Below, in pieces: positions 44,792 through 59,820 of a DNA stretch of 64,000 nucleotides (position 1 is the first letter of the stretch; the number at the start of each line of letters is the position of its first letter). The translations under genes and the position numbers were made by a program. Where the stretch lies: assembly GCF_009914755.1 (NCBI RefSeq), contig NC_060940.1; one strand, 5' to 3'. This DNA comes from the human T2T-CHM13v2.0 reference genome, Homo sapiens. Below the pieces are notes generated by a model. The model did not search any database and was not told the DNA's origin. It worked only from the letters and a program-made list of their open reading frames with translations.

Positions 44792-47700
44792 TTTATTAAT
44801 TTAAATAAACAGATCAGTAGTACATGGGGATTATAGAGAAAAATAGACAAAAAAGAAAAAGCAGTTAGAAGGGTGTGTTATATTTATGACTATGGTGTCT
44901 CAAGTTACAGAGCAGTGCCCCATACACAGGGCTGGCCATGGTGCAGCTGGGAGCCCAGTGCAGCTGTCTGACTCCCAAAGCCCATGCTCAGCCCAAACAA
45001 CACTGAGCCCTGAGGCACTCTGCCCCTGCCAGCCCAGGTACTTAGTGGCCCTGAGATTCACCATGGCCTGTTCTTGGTCTTGAGGGTGTTGCTGGCCTAC
45101 TGGGATGGGGGCTTAGCTGACAGAACAAGTAGGAGCTTCAGGAAATAGTGGCAGTTCTGAGGCTACCAGGAGCCACACCTCAACCTTCCCACTGCCTGCC
45201 CAGGGGTTCCCAGGCAACAGGGCCTAATGTTGACCTGGGAGCCATGGCCACAGGCTCTCTGAAGCTGGCTGCAAGATAGTCTTCTCCTACCGTCTGCTAA
45301 TCTGTTAGGCCCTCACCTTTTATTCTGACTGTGTCACACTTCATGGACTGGACCAAAACCCCAAATTCCTCCTCAGTTGGAAGATGGCAATCACCCCCTG
45401 TCACTGAAACAGCTGCATTTCCTGGAGGACTTCGATGGGAGACAGAAGGAAGGGTGGGATTCTGACAGGTCCTGGGTGGAAGATAACAAAGAGAACTTAT
45501 AGGGGAGGGATAGAGCAGCAGTGAGTTTCTGGGGCTTTTCTTTTAAGGGACCCCACCCTCTCTTCCAATCCCATGTAACCCTAACCTGTTCTCAGAGTTG
45601 GATATAAACAGTTCCTCATCTAGGAATTTATTGTTGATTCTAGTCCCCTAATCAAACCCTCCATTAGAATGGATCTCCTCTGTGTATCAAACCTTCCCAA
45701 TAACTTTAAGATGCAGAGGGTGAAGCCAGCGAGTGGCCTCTTCAGGGTGGTGTCTGACTGTCACGTCCCCAGCCTCCCTCAAAGTGAGACCCCAGCTGCT
45801 CTCCTTCCTCCTTTATTAGTGTTGATTATATTTTCCTGGAAGGTAGACAGCCAAGATCCCTCAGAAAGACCCCCTGGCCCATGACTAGCCCTCATCCCCT
45901 GTACTTCCCATGCTGCACCACCGCCAGGGCTGCCAGGGTCAAGGCATGTGCATAAAACAGGACTTGGACCTACATCAGGTTCTGGGCTCCACAGAAGGGA
46001 CACCTTTTGCCCTGATTCTCTGTGATGATAGACAGGGAAACTGAGGCCTAGGAAACAAAAAAGGCACTCAACAATTTAGGAACTTCCTGTCTTAGGAGGG
46101 GCCCAATTTCTGTTTTCTCCAATGGGTACCACCTAAGGCAGAGGCTGAGACTTAGCTCTGCAGCTTCACTACTCAAGGAACAGTGACTGGTGTCTTTGCT
46201 GGAGCCTCTGTCACTCATAGATAAGATGGAACTGACACCCCCCTTTCACATGGGCATCTGGTAGGCTCTCAGGAAAGCAGGTTTGCTGAGTGCTGCAATC
46301 TCAGGGCTTATTCCAGGACTCTGTTCTCACAAGCTTCAGGATCTTGGTTCCCAAACTGCCTGCCTGCCCCAGTGTCACACACATCATTATAATCCTCTAT
46401 GGCAATGTCCAGCATCATCAGGTCAGTGAGAAGTGTGCCGAGAGAGGGTACAGCTCCCTGTTCCTCCAAGGTGGTAGCAGTGATGAGCACAAATTCTCAG
46501 CTTCCTGCATAAGGCCTGTCCTTTGAACTCTCACCAACCCATGTCTCCTTGACGCCCCTACCCAAGTCTCCCACTTGGAGCAGCCAAGGACCCTCAGCCT
46601 CCTTACAAGACATCTTTACCTCCTCTTTCCACAGCTGGCCTCCAAAGACACCAAGCTCTTTCTAGTTAACTCTAAGGTAGGATTTTAATAAGTCACAAAG
46701 TCAGGTTGTCCCCAGCCTCACTCTTTTCCCAATCCACTGTGAACTCAGCTCTCTAAGTCTCTTTCTCTGGTCACGTTAATGAAGGCATTCCAAGTACTGT
46801 GGCCACAGGAGGGCAGGGCTAGAGGAGGAAGACACTCTGGTCTCTTGATGTGGAGAACTCCAGCTGGGAGGGAAAAGCCCTGTCCTTAACTCCCTGGAGC
46901 AGCAACAGCAGCATCTGGACTCTAAAAAGTTCCCTACCTAGCAGAGTCAGAAACAGGGTCAGTGAGACTGTGGTTCTCTCACCGAGTTATACCCCAGACC
47001 CCTGACCTCAGATCTTGGATAACTGCATGAGGCAGCTGGTGCAATGCTCCCACCACCTCCAGTGAGCCCTGACTCTAGATTTACTCCCAGCTCCAACATT
47101 CAGTGTGTGTGTAACCCTTGGGCATGCAGCCAGGCCTCCCTGAGACTGTTTCCTCATCTGGGAAGCATGATGGGAACAACACCTTCCTCACAGGGCCTTT
47201 TGGGGACTCAGTTGCATGTGGTTATCCACACTGTTCTCACCATCATCCCTCTCAGGAAGAGGAAGGCACAAGAACTCTCAAAATTTCTTCCTCCTTTGCA
47301 CCTTATCATGACCCTCTGAGGACTGCACAACAGGCTTCCTGGATTTTCCAGATGAGGAAACAGAGCGTCAAGGAGGGAAATGACTTGCCCAGGACCCCAC
47401 AGGAGAGGCTGGCTCCTCCTCCCACCTGGAGGGCCTGCCCCAGCTGCTTCATGCCGCACACCAGCACCACCACTGACCAGGGTCCCATCCTCTGGACTCT
47501 ATGTGTGTCCACATCCCCATTCAGGTCCAGGTTTGGTGGAAAAAAAAAAAAAAAACATGATGTCTTGGTAGGCCTGTTTGAGCAGTGCCAGCTTGTTCCA
47601 GCTTCACTGGAATTGGTATCACACAAGCTGGATATGAGGCTATGACAAAGACTTCACCTCCCTGATGATCCACCAAAGGAGATTCCCACACAGAACTCTC

Positions 47701-47845
47701 TCTTTATCCACTCCGTGCAGCTGGTCTGCAAGTGAAATTGTGCCCGTGTCCCACCTAGCAGCTACTGGACTCCAGTGTCTCTGATACCCATGGCTGATCA
47801 CACCCGCCTTTAGAAGGCCACTAAGATTCAGGAGGACACAAACAG
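44792..47845 (-). pseudogene. RALGDS/RGL4-like RasGEF unprocessed pseudogene, 3' exons
   Basis: Exon 46457-46383 (cag|...|gt, 75 nt) reads GAVPSLGTLLTDLMMLDIAIEDYND. Exon ~45436-45317 reads EVLQEMQLFQ..HLPTEEEFGVLVQSM..SQNKS|gtgag. Exon 45135-45042 reads SYLFCQL/PPSQ*ASNTLKTKN. Minus-strand AATAAA at 44797-44792. Weaker exon relics at ~46796-46722, ~47312-47230 and ~47845-47780 (CVLLNLSGL). Confidence 0.85.
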
Positions 47846-50800
47846 ATCTTTGGCTCAGACAGGTTGCTTCAGCCTTATGTCCCGGGCCATCTCCTCTGGC
47901 CTTCAGAAGGCCCCTGTCAGCCTCAGTGTGCCAAGCCCTGACGCTGGCAGCCTTCAGGAGGTGGAAGATGACTTTTCTCTCTGATTCCATGCCCTGTTAG
48001 CCAGGACAGGGGAAGACTCGAGGCCTGCACAGTGGTTTCTGAGTCTCCAGGACCCAGTTTTCCCATTGTGGTGACAAGGAGGATGGCCAGAAGTACTGGT
48101 TTGGGGAAGATGGAGGGCAAACAGGAGGAGAAGGTGAGCTTCCAGAAAGAGGCCCACCACAAACATTTAGTGCATTGGTGGGCATGGGGATTGCTGGGTG
48201 CTGCTTGGAGGCAAGGCCATGGACCGATCGCCATGATAACCGCCCCCTGCCAGGGGTCACCAGGGATTGTCTGAAAACCCTTGGAAATGATACACACCCC
48301 TGATGCTCAAGGAATGGAAGAAGCTCCAGCCTCAGCAGCTGATCTAAGATGCTATGGGGGACAGGGACCCGCACCGAGTATCCTTTGGACTGCAGCCTGG
48401 GCATGCAGTCTGGGTCTGGGGCACCAGTAGAGTGCAGCCTGTGCCTCCACCATCCTTCCCCTCTTCTGGCTCACTCCTAGTCTGGCTGTGCCAAGATTTT
48501 TGCGGCCTGATCTCAGGCCCTGCCTGAGAAGTGTGTAAGGTTGGAGAGGCAGAGCAGTGTGAGTGGGGGAGGTGATTGATGAGAGCCCTGCTCATGTGCT
48601 GGGTGCTGTGAGAAGAGGGGACAGAGGTGGTCATTTTGTTCTGTTCAGAGAAGAAAGGACAGGCCAAAGCTCATGACACACTGTCTTTTTAGGGGGCCTC
48701 CCATTCAAGTCCTATCCAGTCTCCACTGTCCTACACTTCTGCAGACTGAGAAGATAAGACTCTGGTAGATGGGCATGGCTGCAAAGGTCCACATGCCCCC
48801 CTTGACAGACCCACAGACAGACAGCACTAGGGCCAGCACCCACGGAGGCTCTCTCCTGTGTGCTGGGCAGTGGACTCCCACATTCACACTAGGCAGCTAT
48901 TCTGCCCCACCCCCCAGCCACCTGGCTCCAGTGACTAAAATCATCAGGGCTGATCAGGACCCCTGTTGGCAGGACTGCTGAGATTCAGCACGACCTGGAC
49001 AAATCTTTGGCTCAGATGGGCCTCTTGAGCCTTTGGTGTCCTGGGCCATCTTTCCTTGCCTTCAGAAGTCCCCTGCCAGCCTGAGTGGGCCAGGCCCTGA
49101 CCCTGGCAGCATTTCCCTGGGAGCCCCATCTCACCTACCCTCCATTCCCAGGTATCTTGCTCAGTGCTTTCCACTTTCCCAGGACAAGCCTAGACACAGA
49201 CATGTCTAGACCCTGTGTGTTTGCCTTTATGGTGAGCAAAGAAAGAGAATGATTTCCATTTTCTTTTTATTTTTTTCTAACTTTACCTATAACTTATTTA
49301 CTGTAAAAAGGCTTAGGCTGTGGGAAACCTGACTCACCCACCCAGGAGGCCCCAGCCATTAATTCAGTACCTTTCCAACCCACCGTGTCTCTAAATATTT
49401 CCACACTTAATAAAATAGGGGGAAGCACGAACAAGTGCAATTCCACTGGCACCAGAGCTGCGAAGATGGGGCCAGAAGGTCATGCCCATTAGGATTCTAC
49501 AGGAATTCTATAGAAATAAACAACTCAAGGTTTGTTTGGACAGATTGACACGGAGAAATAACTTTGATAGGTTCTAGAACACAGAAGTTAAGCTTCCTAA
49601 CAGCCATGACCTTACAGGTTCCTCTTCCTGAATTTGGCAATGTTTTTTGATGTCCAAATTTCCATGATGGCCTCACATATATAGAATAGTTTATACCATT
49701 CATTTTTATATTACTAATGGTGCATTTTGGCTGACAGTGTTTCCTACATCATGGTTAGTTTCCTACCTTGCTTGAAAATTGGAAGTGACAGCCCTTTATG
49801 GAATGCCGTTTTTGACACACCTCCATGTAAGGCTCTATGTCCGCACAGTGCTAAGATGTCAAGTAGTCCTCACTCTTCCATTTTGAGGGGGCCAGGGGCA
49901 GCAGAGGCAATTTGAGAATACAAAGTACCTTGGAATCAGAATTTGCTCTTCAATCAGTTTTAGTGCAAATTGCACATCTATTAGAATAGCCTGTTCATGC
50001 ACTCTCAAGATTTCAAGGAGGGACAATTGTCACCTTTGAAAAATGGAAGTGACCAATGGACTGCCCTCAGATATTTTGTTTGTTTGTTTCTGGCATTTGG
50101 TCATAACATTGTAGATCGTTTCTTTTGGAATCACTGGGTGATGAGAATCCCCAGGCTGGAGAGCTGGGCACGGCGGAGTCCCTGTGGGAGAAGTGTTACT
50201 GGGGTCGCTGAAGTGGCAGGAAAGCAGCATCTGAGATACTCTCTGGCGCGGCCCGGGTGCTGGGTGAGGCAGCCAGCCCAACAGCTTATTCTGTGTGTGG
50301 AAGGGCCACCCCAGGCCTGGTCACGGACTCCAGCATCCAGGAAACAGGCGCGGGCCAGGGAGCGCCTTACACATTTACCTCTGCAGTGCGTGGGGCCTCC
50401 ATCTGCCACTGGGTGCCCCACTTCTTCCTGCAGTGACGGGTCCTGTTCCCTTCCTTCTGGAGGCTTCAGAGGACTTTTCTCTCTGATTCCTGGCATGTTA
50501 GCCTGGACGCTGCAGGACCCCAGATCTGCGTGTTTCTAGAGTCTCTACAGTGCAGGTGCCCCATTGTGACAAGGAGGATGACCAAAAGTAGGGGGTTAGG
50601 GCGGTGAAAAAAAGAAAAAAAAAGGCAGGAGAGTTGCTGTAGGGAGGAGGCCTGACATGACTGCCTCTAGTTGGGGGCTGCTGGTGCCCCTCAGGGGCAG
50701 GGCTGGTCGCTGCCAGGGCAAGGCGATCTGCTGTGCTGAAGATTCTTACCTTTTCCACCCTTTCCCCCTCTGGGGACACCTGGGGAACCAGCTGAAGCAC

Positions 50801-52820
50801 TAATTCCACACCCAGAACAAAGACTGCGGACCCTGATGTGTGCTCCTGCCTGCAGGACACAAGCATGAGCTATGGAGCACCGCATATGTCTAAGTTGTTG
50901 CAGGCTGGACCTGCCTCCCCACTGGGCTCATGACTTCTTCCTGGAGTGTGGGGGAGTTCTTCCTGGAATGCTGTTCATTCTGGAGACGGCAGATGACTTT
51001 TCTCCTGGACTTCCTACATGTTCACCTGACCCCTGCAGGGCCTGAGTTCAGTGGGTTTCCAGGGTCTCCTTGGTGTCAGGCGCCCCATTGTGACGACAGG
51101 GACGATGATCAAAAGTATGCTGGTGGTTGAGGAAGAAGAAAAGGAGTGGAGTTGCAGGGCAGAGGCTTGACAGAATCGCCTCCAGCCTGGGGCAGCTGGG
51201 GTGGCGAGGTTGGGGCTGGTTGCTCCCTGGGCAATAAACCATGCTGAAGAATGTCATTATCCCCACCTTCAGCTGGGGTGGCGAGGTTGGGGCTGGTTGC
51301 TCCCTGGGCAATAAACCATGCTGAAGAATGTCATTATCCCCACCTTCAGCTGGGGGCACCTGGGCATATCTGAAAATCTTGGGAAAGTGTTCACGTTTTC
51401 AGCACTTAAGAAAAGGAAGAAGTGGCAGCCGCAGAGGCTATTCCAGGCCTTTCAGCAGCATCTCAGCACCTGCATCGAGTGCCACCTGAACCACAACCTG
51501 GGCCTGCAACTTTAGGCTGGGACACCTGTGAGAGCTCAAGCCTCACCGCCACCAGCCACTTTGGATTCACTTCTCCTCTGGCTGTGCGTGCTGGAGTTTG
51601 GGTCTCCTAGTCTCTGGTCTGCCCAGTAAGAGTGCAGGGGGTGTGGAGAAGCAAAGGGGTGAAGTCAAGAGCATTTTTCCAGTGCTGGGCATAGTGAGAA
51701 GTCAGAAGAGAGGTGATGATCTGGTTGTGCTTGAAGGGGAGAGGCCAAAGCCCAAGACATTCTGCCTTTTTAAGGGACTTACCTTTCAAGCCTTATTTGG
51801 TCTCCACTGGCCTTTGCTTCTGAGCACGGATGAGTTGGGGCTCTGTTACATGGATGTCTAAGGAGATCCTAACCCTCTCCCTGAACGACCGAGAGACCAA
51901 TAGCTCTAGTCCAGCAACTAGATGATGTGACAGTCTTTTGCTACCTGTGCCCTCCCTACATAAGGGATTGTGACATACCACTGGGCCAAGCACCCAGGTA
52001 ATGTGACTCTCCTGCCTGTCCCTGCCTACACTGGGCATTGTGACATATCACTGAGCCAAGCACCCAGGTGATGTAACTCCTTGTTTGGGACCTGTCAACA
52101 GAAGGGATTGTGACATATCTCTGGCCTATCACCCAGGAGATCTGACTCTCTTGCTTTCTGTTCACCCACAGGTAAGATTGTGACCTCTACCTAGACCAAG
52201 CATATATCATGATGTCTCTCAGGTGTGGAATGACCCAATAAAAGATATCTTGACTCTTACAGACAGATTTTGGTCAAAGGGTAAGGTCCTGAGTCTCCTA
52301 CTTGTAAAAAGTTACAGAAGATTCTGACACACACACATATATTATGAAGGTTTTGGGTGGTACAGAGAGTTTCATAATACAAACCAGAGCACAGTTGATA
52401 TTGTGACTTTCATAGGCACATCCTGCTGAAAATTAGAATTGCCACCCTCATACATGGACAGAGCCCCACTGGTGAGCTCCTGAATCTCACATGCAGATAA
52501 AGTCCACAGTTGGAATTGTGACTGCTATATGTAAATCTGGCCACAGGTGGGATGGTGACCCATTTCTGGTCCCAGCTCACAGGCCCAGTAATGACTTTAA
52601 TAGCTGGACCCAGCCAATAACATAGATGTTTGCTTTAGTAACTAGGCTTAAGGCAACAGGTAATGTCCTGGGTTTCTTACTTGTACAAAAGTCACAGAGC
52701 CCTACAATACTCAAGCATATTGCACATTGCACTCAAGTGGTAAAGAGTTTCATAACAGGGTCCATCATGAAGAGGAAATTGTGACTTTTGTCTCCATACT
52801 CAGCTAACAGTAAGGATTAT
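45525..52820. repeat. Segmental duplication copy B (paralog of 1-5640)
   Basis: See copy A; copy B carries extra blocks at 46004-47950 and ~48380-48870. Confidence 0.9.
51193..51355. repeat. Perfect 77-bp tandem duplication
   Basis: CAGCTGGGG at 51193, 51270 and 51347, with identical intervening units. Confidence 0.95.
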
Positions 52821-54407
52821 CATCCACCTACATGGGCACAGCCCATTGTTGAGGTTCTGAATCTCACATCTGAAGGGAAGTGAAAGTTGGAACTGTGACT
52901 GTTATACATGCATTCGGACCACAGGTACGATAGTGACTTTTGGATCAAGATTAAACACCCCATGAGGCTGTGTCTGCTTTATTAGGACACTTTTTTTTCA
53001 GAGGAGGTTGGGGCTTTTATGCACAGATCCAGTCCACTGTTGACATTGTGACTAATGTACTTGGATAGAACTCACAAAAGGTGTTGACTTTAATGTTTGG
53101 AGCCAGGCCACATGCAATATTGTGAATCTCATCCCTGGACATTTCTGCAGGTGTGAGTTTTACACATATCTTTGCCCAGCACTTAGTTGATTTTACTCTT
53201 CTGCCTGGTTCCCATCTAAACAGGGGATTGTGACCTATTCCTAGCCAAAGCACATAGGTGATGTGACTGTCCCACCTGGGCTATCCTCTCAGAGGAGATA
53301 TTGAAATATTTATGCATTAATCACCAGGTGATGTGACTCTCCTCACTGGCCTGGGCTCAGCCCCCAAGGGGCATTGTGACATATTACTGGGTCCATCATC
53401 TAGGTTGATGTGACTCTCCTCTCCTGCCTGGGCCCCATCCCCATTTGGAATTTAGACATATTCCTGGTCCCATCACCTAGGTGATGTGACTCTCTTCTTT
53501 TGCCTTGGACCTGCTTACTGAGGAATTGGGATGTATTACCGGGCCCAGCACCTGGTAGACTTGACTGTACTTTTTTGCCTGGACTCTCCCTACAGAAGTG
53601 ATTGGGACAAATCAATGGGCCAAGCACCCAGGTGATGTGGCTCTCCTGTCTAAGCAATGTCTGTAGTTGGGATTATGAAATATACCTTGGCCGTGTTTTC
53701 TAGGTGATGTAACTCTCCTCCCTGAGTCCCTCCTCAGAGGACATTGTGATATATCTCTGTGCCCATCACCTAGGTCATATGACTCTTATTTTTTTTCCTG
53801 GGCTCTGTCCACAGGGTGATTTGTAACACATTGCTGGACCCAGCACCCAGATAATTTGGCTCTCCTGCTATGGCCCTGCCCACAGAAGGCATTGTGATAT
53901 ATCAGTGGACTCAGCAGCCAGGTCATGTGACTTTCCTGCCAGGGCTCTTCTCTCAAAATGGATACTGACATATCTCTGGGTCATCATTCAGGTGATGTGG
54001 TTCTCCTTCCTGGTCCCTGCCCACAGGTGGTATTGTCTCATATATCTAGGTCCAGTTCATAGGCATGATGATGACTATCATACATGGACACAACAAACAG
54101 AAGAGATTTTGACTCTTCAAGCTGGACTTATTGCAATGTATCGGATCTTCAGTCTCCTAGTTTTGGAAAGGTCACAAAGTATGAGGAAGCTTATGCATAT
54201 TCTATAATGCCCTTTGATGGTACAGAGATTGTTATTACAGGGCCCACCATACAGCCAACAGTTAAAATTGTCAGTCTCACATATGGACAAAGCCCACTCT
54301 TAAGGCCCTGAATCTCACTCATAGACACAGTCCACAGTTGGAATTTTGACTGTCATATGTGGATCTGGTCACAGGTAAAATGGTGACTCATTGCTGGACC
54401 TGGCTCC
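51900..54407. repeat. SATR1/SATR2-like ~70-bp satellite array (second)
   Basis: Same units as 4715-8290; the first ~0.9 kb is colinear with copy A. Confidence 0.8.
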
Positions 54408-54744
54408 AAACAAACAAGCAAATAAAACAAACAAGCACAACTTTAAATTTATCTTTTTTTAGAAAAAGAATACCAATAATAAATACTTCAATGTAACATA
54501 GTTGTTTAGTGTTTACAAAATAGTTCACTTTGAAACTGTAGTAACAAACTTCGTATGTAAATATTATAATTATGATAATAGCTATAGGGACCTGTATTTT
54601 AGTCTAATCAATCTACTCAATTTCAAGCAATTCAGATATTGCAGAAAGTGTGTACTTTTCTGGGTACTGGTAGCAATGTAAATTCAAAACTTATTAATCA
54701 ACTGAAAACTATGAAAACACCAACCATTAACAATATGCTTACAG

Positions 54745-56012
<1,268 letters not shown>

Positions 56013-56148
56013 GATTTTCTCAGTTAATTTTCTCATTTGAGAATGTTCTCTTGTACTTATAATTTATTTAGGATTTTATTTTTAAGGATTGTTGAAGTTT
56101 TTAAAATAATTTTTTGTTGGGATGATCCTTGTTTTTTAAAGTTACTCT

Positions 56149-56443
56149 GGCTGGGTATTGTGGCTCACACCTATAATCCCAGCACTTTGGGAGGCCAAGG
56201 TGGGCGGATTTTTTGAGGCCAAGAGTACAAGGTCAGCCTGGCCAATATAGCAAAACCTCGACTCTGCTAAAAATACAAAATAATTAGCTGAGTGTGGTGG
56301 TGCATGCCTGTAATCACAGCTACTTGGGAGGCTGAGACATGAGAACTGCTTGAACCCAGGAGGCAGAGGTTGCAGTGAGATGAGATAATGCCACTTGCAC
56401 CTCAGCCTGGGCAACAGAGGGAAACTGTCTCAAAAAAAGAAAA
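56149..56443 (+). mobile_element. AluS-like
   Basis: Dimeric Alu with A tail. Confidence 0.9.
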
Positions 56444-56674
56444 AATGTTATTCTATTAATTGACTTTCAGATTTGACACCAATATTCTTTTTCTTGGTTA
56501 AATCTTGGTAATAAAGTGCAAATCTTTTTATATATTGGTAGCTGGAGTTTAATATTTTGTGGAGACTTTTTGTATGTATATTATAAGATTTGTGTGCCCC
56601 AGTATAGCATATAGTGTATATTTAGTGTATAAACAGTGGACATACGTGTGTGAATATGTATGTATAAATATATA

Positions 56675-57130
56675 TAGTCACGTATCATTTAACTTCAGAG
56701 ATACATTCTAAAAATGCATTCTCAGACAATTCTGTCAATGTAGAAACATCATGCAGTTTACTCAGAAAACTACACAATTTTACCTCCTACATACCTCATA
56801 TATGCAATCTTATATGTGGTATGTCATTGACCGAAATGTTATGTGGCCAGTGAGTGTGATATGTTGTACAATGTGTAATTTTGTTCTTAAGTAGTGTTTA
56901 TTATATACAACTATGTAATAATACATGTTACTAAAATACATGTACAGAATGTTCTCAATATCATTGATAGGTTCTTAAGAACTGTGACTTGAAGCAAAAT
57001 GCTGTATGACATAGGAACTTTATTTTTGTATGTCAGTCAGCCTGTGGCAAAATTCACTTTATAGTACACTGTTTGACTTAAAGTCACAGTTTTCAAGAAT
57101 CTGTCAACAATATTAAGTGACAATTTTCTC
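56675..57130. mobile_element. Tigger-family MITE remnants (Tigger3-like ~56675-56857; MER47-like ~56944-57130)
   Basis: 'gatacattctaaaaatgcatt...ttgaccgaaatgtt' and the inverted pair 'gataggttcttaagaactgtgactt'/'aagtcacagttttcaagaatctgtc'. Confidence 0.6.
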
Positions 57131-57724
57131 TAGTTAGTGTTGTGGTAAATAGTATATTACAGCATTATAGTACTATTCTATGTTACTGTAATCTTTACAG
57201 TTGGTAGTATGACATGTTTCAGTTCCTAGCCAGCCCACAGAGGTAAACCAGTCACATCTTCCTTTGAGAATCAAGGAATATCTCACCTTCTTGATACTAC
57301 AAAGCCTTCCCCTAACACCCTATGTTTATTCTCTTTGCTTTGAAGTGCAGTCCCTGGGTGGACCTGCAAAGCTTATAATACTTTTCTCCTTTTGACTGAG
57401 TATATGTAACTAATAAACTGTTGTTAATCTTCTCTGTCTAGTAATGGATGTCATGGGCTTGACTGTCCCAGTAGCACTAAGGTGCTAATTCCTCCCTTAA
57501 CAATGAGTAGGCTACTGAAATAATTGACAACACAAAAAGAGTGGACCAAAAATGACTGAGGATGTCTTTTCAACTTTAACTAACTGCTCTTGGGTTACTG
57601 GTTCTATTATACACTGAAAGTCACCTGGTTCAGAGCCACCAATTGGTGAGCTTTTGTTTGGTCTGCACAGGAGTTTATGACCTTTATCAGGAGTTGCTGT
57701 CTTTATCCACACTAAAGGACTCTC

Positions 57725-58660
57725 ATCTGTAGATTGCTTTGAGTAGTATAAACATTTTAACAATATTGATTATTCCAATCCATCAACATAAAATATTGTA
57801 CTTTTCTTGTATTGTCTTTAATTTCTTTCATCAGTGTTTTATAGTGTTTATTGTAAAGATCTTTTACTTTTTTGATTAACTTCATTCTGGGGTATCAAAA
57901 TTTGTTCATGTCTACTGTAAATGGAATTTATTTTTAAATTTCATGTTCAGCTTGTTCACTGTTGACATGTAGAAATGCTACTGATTTTTTATGTTGATTT
58001 TGTGTCCTGCAACTTTACTGAATTTGTTTATCAGTTTTAATAGTTTATTGGTGAAGTATTTAGGTCTTTCCACATATAAATTCATATCATCTGCAAACAA
58101 GGATAATTTTTTTTTCTATCCAATTTGGATGCCCTTTATTTCTTCCTTTTATCTGATTGTCCTAGTTAGGACTTCCAGCGCTGTATTGAATAAACTGTGG
58201 CAAAAGTTGGCTTTTTTAATGTTACTAGATCTCAGAATAAAAGATTTTAGCATTTTATTTTCCAGTATTATACTAGTTTTGGGTCTGTCATATATGGCTT
58301 TTATTATGTTGAAGTATGTTCTCTTAATATTCCAGTTTCTTGGGGGTTTTTAAAAAATGAGAACATGTCAATTTTTATCAAACCCTTATTAACATTAAAT
58401 AAAATGATCATATAATTTTAGTTCTTCATTCTCTTATGATGTAACTACATTGACTGACTTGCAAATGTGGAAACATTCTGTGACATAGCCACAGGGCAAG
58501 ACATATCATGAACTCTGGGATAAGTTCATTTGGTCATTATGAATGGTCTAAATGTATGTTTGAATTTGGTTTGCCACTATTTTGTCAAGAGTTTTTGCAT
58601 TAATATTCATCAGAGATATTTGCCTATAGGTTTTTTTAATGCATCTTTGGTTTTCATATC
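57725..58660 (-). mobile_element. Old L1 ORF2 fragment
   Basis: 'atgttgattttgtgtcctgcaactttactgaatttg...atcatctgcaaaca' (RT region). Confidence 0.8.
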
Positions 58661-58669
58661 AGAGTGACA

Positions 58670-59820
<1,151 letters not shown>

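Noticed and set aside
44880-48400. CLUH or FAM90A pseudogene
   Set aside because: The translations I examined match RALGDS/RGL4 motifs, not those proteins.
49997-50539. 180-aa ORF in the duplicon
   Set aside because: The frame is not maintained in paralogous modules at ~1 kb and ~3 kb, and no domain is recognisable.
57215-57720. LTR plus internal ERV fragment (similarly 63160-64000)
   Set aside because: LTR-like AATAAA and composition are present, but family and boundaries cannot be supported without RepeatMasker.
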